Origin: an uncultured Chloroflexia bacterium | GTDB lineage: Bacteria > Chloroflexota > Anaerolineae > B4-G1 > SLSP01 | Length of the DNA: 64,000 nt | NCBI GenBank assembly: GCA_963751345.1 | Contig: CAVVUS010000023.1 | Coordinates: 219,595-283,594 of the forward strand | Direction of reading: 5' to 3' | Shown here: in pieces, positions 57,701 through 64,000 of the stretch | Position numbering within the stretch: position 1 is the stretch's first letter | Layout: each line of letters starts with the position of its first letter | Notes under the pieces: model-generated | The model's database searches: none | Seen by the model: only the letters and a program-made list of their open reading frames with translations | What the model was told of the DNA's origin: nothing | Translations under genes and position numbers: made by a program

Positions 57701-58664
57701 CGATCGCGATCTTCGCCATCTCTACGTGAATCCGGCAGTGGCCCATACGACCGGACTCTCTGTCGACGATTACGTGGGACAGACCAATCGCGACTTGGGT
57801 ATGCCGGATGATCTCGTCACGATATGGGATGGGGCAACACGCGAGGTCTTCGAGTCGCGAGAGGAACGGTCGATCCAGTTCGAGTATGACACGATGACCG
57901 GCCCCAGCTATTTGCAGGCGCGTCTCGTCCCCGAGCGCGGGGCCGATGGGCAGGTCATGACCGTGCTGAGCGTGGCCCGCGACGTCACCGACGTGGAGCG
58001 GACCAAGCAGGCGCTTGCGGAGGCGTTACGCGAGAAGGAGACGCTGCTGCGGGAGCTCTACCACCGCACCAAGAATAACATGCAGGTGATCTCGGCGATC
58101 ATGGAGCTGCAGGCCGCCAACATCACCGACGAGGCTGCGCTCAACGCCTTCCAGGAGACGCAGAACCGCATCTATGCGATTGCCCTCGTTCACCAGAAGC
58201 TCTACGAGTCGGACAACCTTGCAGATCTCGACCTAGGCGCCTATGTGGAGGACCTGGTGGATTTGTTGGTGGCGACCTATGCGACGGATGCGGGCAAGGT
58301 CGAGGTCGTCAAGGATCTGGAATCTGTGCCCGTATCAATCGACGTGGCGACACCGTGCGGACTGTTGCTCAACGAACTCGTCTCCAATGCGCTCAAACAC
58401 GGACTGGCGGATGGGCGCGACGGGAGGCTTGAGGTTCAGCTAACACGTCGACCCGACCGCAAGATTGCCCTTACCGTTGCCGATGATGGCGTCGGTGTAC
58501 CGGAGGGCTTCGACTTCCGAAAGACGGACACCCTTGGGATCCAGGCGGTGATCCAGATCGCCGAGGGGCAGTTGCTCGGCCAAGCGACCTTTGAGGGCGG
58601 GCCGGGGATGGGTGTCAGATGCCAGGTAGTGTTCGCTGACAATCTCTTACGAGATGTGGCTTGA
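54756..58664 (+). CDS. CheB-CheR-PAS-coiled coil-PAS-HisKA_2 fusion kinase (several indels)
   Basis: CheB GASSGG/QH/GTDG; CheR GCATGEEAYS/SCRNLLIY; EELQSTNEEL repeats; ELYHRTKNN, NELVSNALKHG. Confidence 0.88.
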
Positions 58665-58680
58665 GGCCGAGGACGCAGGT

Positions 58681-59073
58681 ATGAGCGAGATAGCAGGCAG
58701 GCAGAAGGTCCTAATTGTTGAGGACGAAGGGTTGGTCGCCCTCGTGATTCGCCACAAGCTCCAGCGGATGGGCTATGAGATCTGTGGCACGGCCGCGTCC
58801 GGCCAGGAGGCGGTCGAGGTAGCCTTAGAGCACCGGCCTGACCTGGTGATCATGGACGTGCACCTGTCCGGTCGGATGACGGGTATCGACGCGGCCAAGC
58901 AGATCGTCGCGGAGTATGACGTGCCGTTCATTTTCTTCTCGGGTTACGACGATGGTGAGATCGCGGAGCAGATCGCTTCGTTCCGGCACGCGTCCAGCCT
59001 GGCGAAGCCGGTGGAGATTCACGTCCTGGCGGCTGCGGTCGAGAAGGCGCTGGCCGACGGCGCTGACGGGTGA
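58681..59073 (+). CDS. Single-domain response regulator
   Basis: VEDE, DLVIMD, KP. Confidence 0.9.
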   Translation: MSEIAGRQKVLIVEDEGLVALVIRHKLQRMGYEICGTAASGQEAVEVALEHRPDLVIMDVHLSGRMTGIDAAKQIVAEYDVPFIFFSGYDDGEIAEQIASFRHASSLAKPVEIHVLAAAVEKALADGADG

Positions 59074-59092
59074 GGTAACGCCCACACTCGGG

Positions 59093-59214
59093 TGGACCGC
59101 GGGCGTCTCGCCCGCTCTGCGCGCATGTGGCCGACCACGACGTAGCGCCTACCGTCTGCGCACGGTCCCCGGTCGTCAGAGCGGGCGAGATGAGTGGGAG
59201 GCGCCCGCGGTCCA
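59093..59214. repeat. REP doublet downstream of the RAYT
   Basis: TGGACCGCGGGCGTCTCGCCCGCTCTG ... CAGAGCGGGCGAGA[TGAGTGGGAGG]CGCCCGCGGTCCA. Confidence 0.85.
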
Positions 59215-59276
59215 TCGGAGCCGGCGAGATCCTGAGGCTGCGCTCAGGACAGGCTGCACATGGTCCGGCGGTCGAG

Positions 59277-59879
59277 TCACGAAGCCCACCGGCGAGCGCT
59301 CGTGAACGGCCAGACCTCCGCTAGCTCAACGAGCCCGGCCTTGACCGGATTCTGATGGATGTATGCAACAGCGTTGGCGTAGTGGCGCTCGTTGCGGATG
59401 TACCGGTCGAAGTAGCCCGGGAACCAGAATCGACCCTTGCGACCCAACATGCCGTTAGCCTCGTGAGCAGTGTGAGATTTCCATCCTTGCACGACACTCC
59501 GCAGCGGGAAGCCCTCCGCCGTCTCGATCAGCGCGTGAACGTGGTTGGGCATCACTACCCATGCCAGGAGTCGGTAGCGCTCCCCGTCGAAGTGGCGTAG
59601 TGCCGCTTCCACAAGGGAACCGATCTGAGGATCGCGCAGCTGACAGGCTCCGTGACCGGCATTGAGGTAACCCTCAATCCTTGCCATACGCGCCGCATCT
59701 GTCTTCGCATCCGGATCCTCTGCCAGCGCTTTCACCACATGAGTCGGCAAGGCATCCGCCAGCCGGAAGGTGATGCCTTGCAGCAGATTCGGCACATCGA
59801 AGTGCGGCAGGTAGCCTCGCGAGGCCCAGCCCTCATGCCGCCAAGCGCTGGTCGGATGGTCCGGTTGATCAGGTGACAT
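59277..59879 (-). mobile_element. REP-associated tyrosine (Y1/HUH) transposase, RAYT-like
   Basis: RGYLPHFD, ITFRLAD, WVVMPNHVH (HUH), FDRYIRN, YIHQNPVKAGL. Confidence 0.9.
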
Positions 59880-59928
59880 GGATCCTCTCCTGAAGCCTAT
59901 CGTTGGATTGAGAAGACCTTCCCGACTA

Positions 59929-60074
59929 TGGACCGCGGGCGTCTCGCCCGCTCTGCTAGGCCGGCAGGGAAGCAATGCGCGGATCGTCGTGACTGTCGCA
60001 GGCAGCCACGACGGTGTGTCTGCCATCTGCGCATGGCTTCCCGTCGCCAGAGCGGGCGAGACGCCCGCGGTCCA
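59929..60074. repeat. REP doublet upstream of the RAYT
   Basis: 27-bp perfect inverted arms TGGACCGCGGGCGTCTCGCCCGCTCTG. Confidence 0.88.
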
Positions 60075-60094
60075 CAGAAGGGGGGCTTCGATTG

Positions 60095-61420
60095 CTAGCC
60101 GACGTCCCAGGCGCAGAGATCGGGCGGGTTGCCGGGATCGCCGGCCAGGAGGAGTGCGTAGTTCTCAGCGACCTTGCGATAGGCGGCGGCGTGCTGCTCG
60201 ATGACCTCGGGCCGGTAGCGCTTGAACTGGGGGATGACGTAGGTGTGCGCTCCGATGGTCTCGCTGACGGGGAGGCTACCCGGTGGTTGGCGCAGGTCGC
60301 GATCGGAATGGGCCAAACGGGTGGGGCGCCCGTGGCCGTAGATGTCGCAGGTGTTGAAGAGCGGGTGCAGGTGTAACGGCTTGTTGACGCCCGCACGACA
60401 GGCGCTGCCCTCGGCGCGGACGGCTTCGGCGAAGCGGGTCACCGAGAGGCCGCCGAGCGCTTCCGGATCGTAGAGTCCCCCGGCGTTGTACCATCCTGCC
60501 ATCGTGCTCCCCTCGCTCTCGTCCACACGATGGGCTCGCAGCCCCGGAACGCCCTCCAGCAGGTCCCAGAACAGGTTGAGCGCCTTGCGGATCTCGGCCG
60601 CACGCTCGTCGTAGGCCTTGAGTTGCACGCGCCCCATCGCGGACCCCAGTTGGTTCATCCGGCACTTCTGCCCGCCGAGGGGCAGCCCGCGGTAGCCGCG
60701 GAGGTCCGGACTCTCGATCGTGGCGTCGAAGCGGCGGTAGTGGCCGAACGCGATGGCCCGCTCATAGATGCCGCGATCGTCGGTCACGAGCATGCCCGCC
60801 CTCGCCGATGGGCATGGACTTTCCGCTCATCAGCGACATTGCGGCGACGGCGCCGAAGTTGCCGACCGTGCGCCCACGATAGCGCCCGCCATGGGCGTGG
60901 GAGACGTCCTCGATGACCGGGATACCGTGGCGATCCGCCACTTGCATGATGGCATCCATATCGGCGGGATGGCCCAGGTAGTGGACCACCATGATCGCCT
61001 TGGTTCGCGGCGAGATGCGCTGCTCGATATCGTTGGGATCGAGGCACAACGTGTCGGGGCGCACGTCGGCAAAGACGACAGTTGCGCCGAGTGAGAAGCA
61101 CTGCAACGCCGATGCCCAGTAGGTGATGCTTGGGCAGATGATCTCGTCGCCAACGCCGAGGCCCACGCCGAACATCGCGGCGTGGAGCGCCGAGGTGCCG
61201 GTGTTGAAGCCGAGCGCATAGGTGCGTCCCTGCCACGCGGCAAAGTCCTTCTCAAACGCCATCGTCACGTCGAGTTCGGACATGGCGCCGCGCCGCAGCA
61301 CCTCAAGCACCGCTGTCTCGTCCTCCTCGGTGATGATCGGCCATGTGAAGGTGTCGCCCGGCGGCAGGGTCACGCCGGCGGGGCCGCCGAGGATCGCCAG
61401 GATGGTGGTGTCGTAGTCAT
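60095..61420 (-). CDS. DegT/DnrJ/EryC1/StrS aminotransferase (indels)
   Basis: NTGTSALHAA, GDEII.P, IEDVSHAHG, SGKSMPIGEGG. Confidence 0.88.
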
Positions 61421-61487
61421 AGATCTTCCTTTTGGGTTTGGTGCTTGGTACTTTGGGTGCGATCGTCGGATGTAGCTGAGAGGTTCG

Positions 61488-61538
61488 AGTGCCGGAGCAC
61501 TGCGCCTCGGAAGGCGGAAAGTGCCCGGCACTGAGAGG
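61488..61538. repeat. REP-like doublet of the AGTGCCnGGCACT family
   Basis: Same layout as 2549-2599, with central CGCCTCGGAAGGCG. Confidence 0.7.
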
Positions 61539-61549
61539 TAGGCAGCTCC

Positions 61550-62116
61550 TCACGGCTGCGGTACGAAGAAGGGCGGGTATCCCGATGTGCTGAAGACGAA
61601 GAGCGCGTGGCGGTAGACCAGCAGAAGCTGGAGCATCACCGGGCGGAGCACGGACTGGTCGTAGGTCGAGCGCATCGCTTGCCAGGTTGCGACAGGCGCC
61701 CACGGCACGCTGACAATGAGGCCCCAGACGTTGCATAGGACAGCTGCGAAAGCCAGGGCGAAGACCGAACCGACTACGGTGGCCAGGGCGTTGTCTCCCC
61801 ACCCGAGCGCCCGGATCTGAGCGTCTTCGAGTGTCGCGTGGCTGAGAAGCGCCGCGAAGATGAGGATGGGTACCAGCAGCCCGAGAAAGACGATCCCCTG
61901 CGAGAGACCCGGGTTCCGGAAGGCCTGCCCTGCTGCTGAACCGGGGACCGCATTGCTCAGGACCTGGCCAAGGTTGAAGGCTGAGACCGTCAGGCCCAGG
62001 ATGATGCACATCAGGTAGAAGATGACGAGCATCACGGCCGAGCGCGCGAGCCCCTCCGCCGCAGAGAGCGCGACGATGCCTGCGATGACGAGCAGCAATA
62101 GAATGTCGAGCAACAT
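61550..62116 (-). CDS. CvpA-like membrane protein
   Basis: MLLDILLL..GL, four TM segments, DNALATVVG, QSVLRP. Confidence 0.55.
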   Translation of the reverse strand: MLLDILLLLVIAGIVALSAAEGLARSAVMLVIFYLMCIILGLTVSAFNLGQVLSNAVPGSAAGQAFRNPGLSQGIVFLGLLVPILIFAALLSHATLEDAQIRALGWGDNALATVVGSVFALAFAAVLCNVWGLIVSVPWAPVATWQAMRSTYDQSVLRPVMLQLLLVYRHALFVFSTSGYPPFFVPQP

Positions 62117-62144
62117 CGTGTCACCTCCGTAGAATGGGTCCCGT

Positions 62145-62190
62145 ACCTTCCGGGTTGCGCGCCTCGGAAGGCGTGAGCAACCCGGAAGGT
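62145..62190. repeat. Inverted repeat ACCTTCCGGGTTGC/GCAACCCGGAAGGT enclosing CGCCTCGGAAGGCG
   Basis: Read directly. Confidence 0.7.
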
Positions 62191-62261
62191 CAAGTGTCAC
62201 CACCAACCGAAGCTCGATCGGGGCTACCTGTTACCTGTCGACACGCAGCCCAGCGACTTCA

Positions 62262-63128
62262 TCACCGGGCGGCCTCGGGCACGATCCGCAGGGCGTTCCC
62301 CGCCTGGACTTTGGCCATGACCGTGTCGGGCAAGTCGAGCGTCTCGAGAATCACGTCGAGCTCGCCGCCGAAACCGTCGCGGGCGTAGAGCAAGCGGTCC
62401 TGGAACTCGAGGACAAAGTCGCGACCGAAGGCCGGATCGCGCGTGATCGCACTGCGCGCCGAGTTGGCCGAGAGATCGGCGTAGAGGTTAGGATAGGCGC
62501 GGAACATCTCGATAACCTTGCCTCCGGGCACGACCGGTCCGGTGGGATAGCTTTCGCGCTCGGCCTTGTCGTCGCCCGAGATGTGAGCCCAGAACCCCGG
62601 CGCGTGGCCGATGAAGATCGTGTCGGGGCACGACGCCACCGCGGTCTCGAAGGCCGCGATGCCGCCGCCGTACCACCAATTCGGACGAGGGTAGGTCACG
62701 CCAGTGGAAAACTCGTAGTCAATGTGGACCACCACCGGCAGCCCTCGTTCGCCACAGAACCTGAAGACTCGCAGCGCGTCGGGATTGTCGTAGCGCATCC
62801 GCAGCTTGAGCTCGCCATAGACCCGCACGCCGTAGATCTCGATGGCAGCCTGAAGCTGGTCGATCGCCTCCGGGCGGCGTGGGTCGGGCGCGTAGCCCAG
62901 CACGAACTCGGCCGGTGCCTGGGTCGCGTACGTCAGGCAACGCGAAAAGGGGATCGGCCCATCCTCGGCTGAAGGGATCTGGGTGTAATAGCTGGGCGCG
63001 TACTCGTCCTTGGGAGCGATCCAGGTCAAGAGCCAGGTGCGATCGATGTCGTGCTCGGCCATGTTGCCCAGGAATTTCGGCAGATCGTGGCCTAGCCAGT
63101 CAGGATGGTTGTGTGTGTCGATCTTCAC
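62262..63128 (-). CDS. Amidohydrolase_2 family protein
   Basis: IDTHNH, GELK, VVHID, IGHAPG, YADLSA, YARD. Confidence 0.85.
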   Translation of the reverse strand: MKIDTHNHPDWLGHDLPKFLGNMAEHDIDRTWLLTWIAPKDEYAPSYYTQIPSAEDGPIPFSRCLTYATQAPAEFVLGYAPDPRRPEAIDQLQAAIEIYGVRVYGELKLRMRYDNPDALRVFRFCGERGLPVVVHIDYEFSTGVTYPRPNWWYGGGIAAFETAVASCPDTIFIGHAPGFWAHISGDDKAERESYPTGPVVPGGKVIEMFRAYPNLYADLSANSARSAITRDPAFGRDFVLEFQDRLLYARDGFGGELDVILETLDLPDTVMAKVQAGNALRIVPEAAR

Positions 63129-64000
63129 GGTTCGACTCCTTGATCACTCAAGCTTTTTCGAAGGAAGGCCAGCCCCTGCCTGACAAAGGCGGCACCATCC
63201 GGGCACGGATCGTGGAACATGCCGCGCCCAATCGCGAAGCTGCCGGGCGGATCGCCGATCGTGGAATTGTAGGTCTCCATCATGACGCAGCCGTCGAAGG
63301 CGATCTGACGCAGCGCGTCGAAGCAGGCAGCCCACGGCACGAGGCCGCCGCCGGGCACCCCGCGGTCACTCTCGCAAGCGTGAAGGCCCCAGAGCCGGCG
63401 TCCCACGGTAAGGACCGCCTGGGCGTAGTCACGGATCTCGGTTACCAGGTGGTAGGTGTCCAGCAGGCCGTACAGGTTGTCGTGGTCCGCGCGGTCGATG
63501 ACCTCGACAAGCTGCTGCGGTGTGTTGACCAGGTGGGTGCGGAAGTGGCTCATCGGCTCCAGCACGATCTGCACGCCGCGGGCTGCACCGTAGGCCGCCA
63601 GGTCGTGCAGCCCTTCGGCAACCCATTGTCCCTCCTCGAGCGGCGGAACGCGCTTCCGCACGCTCCCCGGATGGCCGTAGAGCGCGCCGGTATAGGCGAT
63701 GGCCCCCACCTCGGCGGCTAGGTCCACCTGATGCCGGTGCCAGGCGAGGCCGAGCGCGCGCTCGGCCGGGTCGTCGGACGAGAGATCGCACCGGGCCGGC
63801 CATTCTCCCCCCGGACCGAGGGTCAGCAGTATGCCCAGGGCCTCCGCGTGCCGCCGGGTTCTTGAGGGGATCGAAGACAACGTCATCGCCAACCGCGATC
63901 TCCCACAGATCGAGGCCGAGCTCGCGCGCCATGTCAAGCAGTCCGAGCCGGTCATCGGACCAGCGGTCGGTGAAGAGGTAGCAGTGTGCGCCGAAGCGGA
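63125..64000 (-). CDS. Sugar phosphate isomerase/epimerase (tagatose 3-epimerase-like), start beyond the window
   Basis: LEPMSHF, LDTYH, HACESDRGVPG, METY. Confidence 0.85.
   Translation of the reverse strand, partial: SASAHTATSSPTAGPMTGSDCLTWRASSASICGRSRLAMTLSSIPSRTRRHAEALGILLTLGPGGEWPARCDLSSDDPAERALGLAWHRHQVDLAAEVGAIAYTGALYGHPGSVRKRVPPLEEGQWVAEGLHDLAAYGAARGVQIVLEPMSHFRTHLVNTPQQLVEVIDRADHDNLYGLLDTYHLVTEIRDYAQAVLTVGRRLWGLHACESDRGVPGGGLVPWAACFDALRQIAFDGCVMMETYNSTIGDPPGSFAIGRGMFHDPCPDGAAFVRQGLAFLRKSLSDQGVEP

Overview
GC-rich bacterial chromosomal segment, most consistent with Chloroflexota (Anaerolineae-like), based on a C-terminal 'IWFPII'-type tail on a secreted protein, MEDS/PAS kinases and intergenic REP-like palindromes. 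About 20 genes are split by single-base indels, which points to an unpolished long-read assembly rather than pseudogenes, so gene ends are approximate. The window holds sugar-acid catabolism genes (uxuA fragment, three enolase-superfamily enzymes, RraA-like aldolase, GH4), def, an orphan murE with a non-DNPR motif, several two-component systems (including CheB-CheR-kinase), a large OmpB-like multicopper oxidase with FN3 repeats, tRNA-Val(CAC), an SPT-like AOS enzyme, a GH3 protein, an ECF sigma factor with a partner gene, and a RAYT transposase flanked by REP doublets. Three features stand out. (1) A lasso-peptide-type RiPP cluster (kinase, sulfotransferase, RRE/PqqD, B2 peptidase, cyclase) with a convergent WxxP..T-x|GG..D8 precursor candidate. 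(2) An unexplained ~150-nt structured element or 36-codon sORF between the cyclase and its terminator. (3) An uninterrupted ~1340-aa fusion of FGGY kinase, 2-hydroxyacid dehydrogenase, SCP2 and class II aldolase domains.
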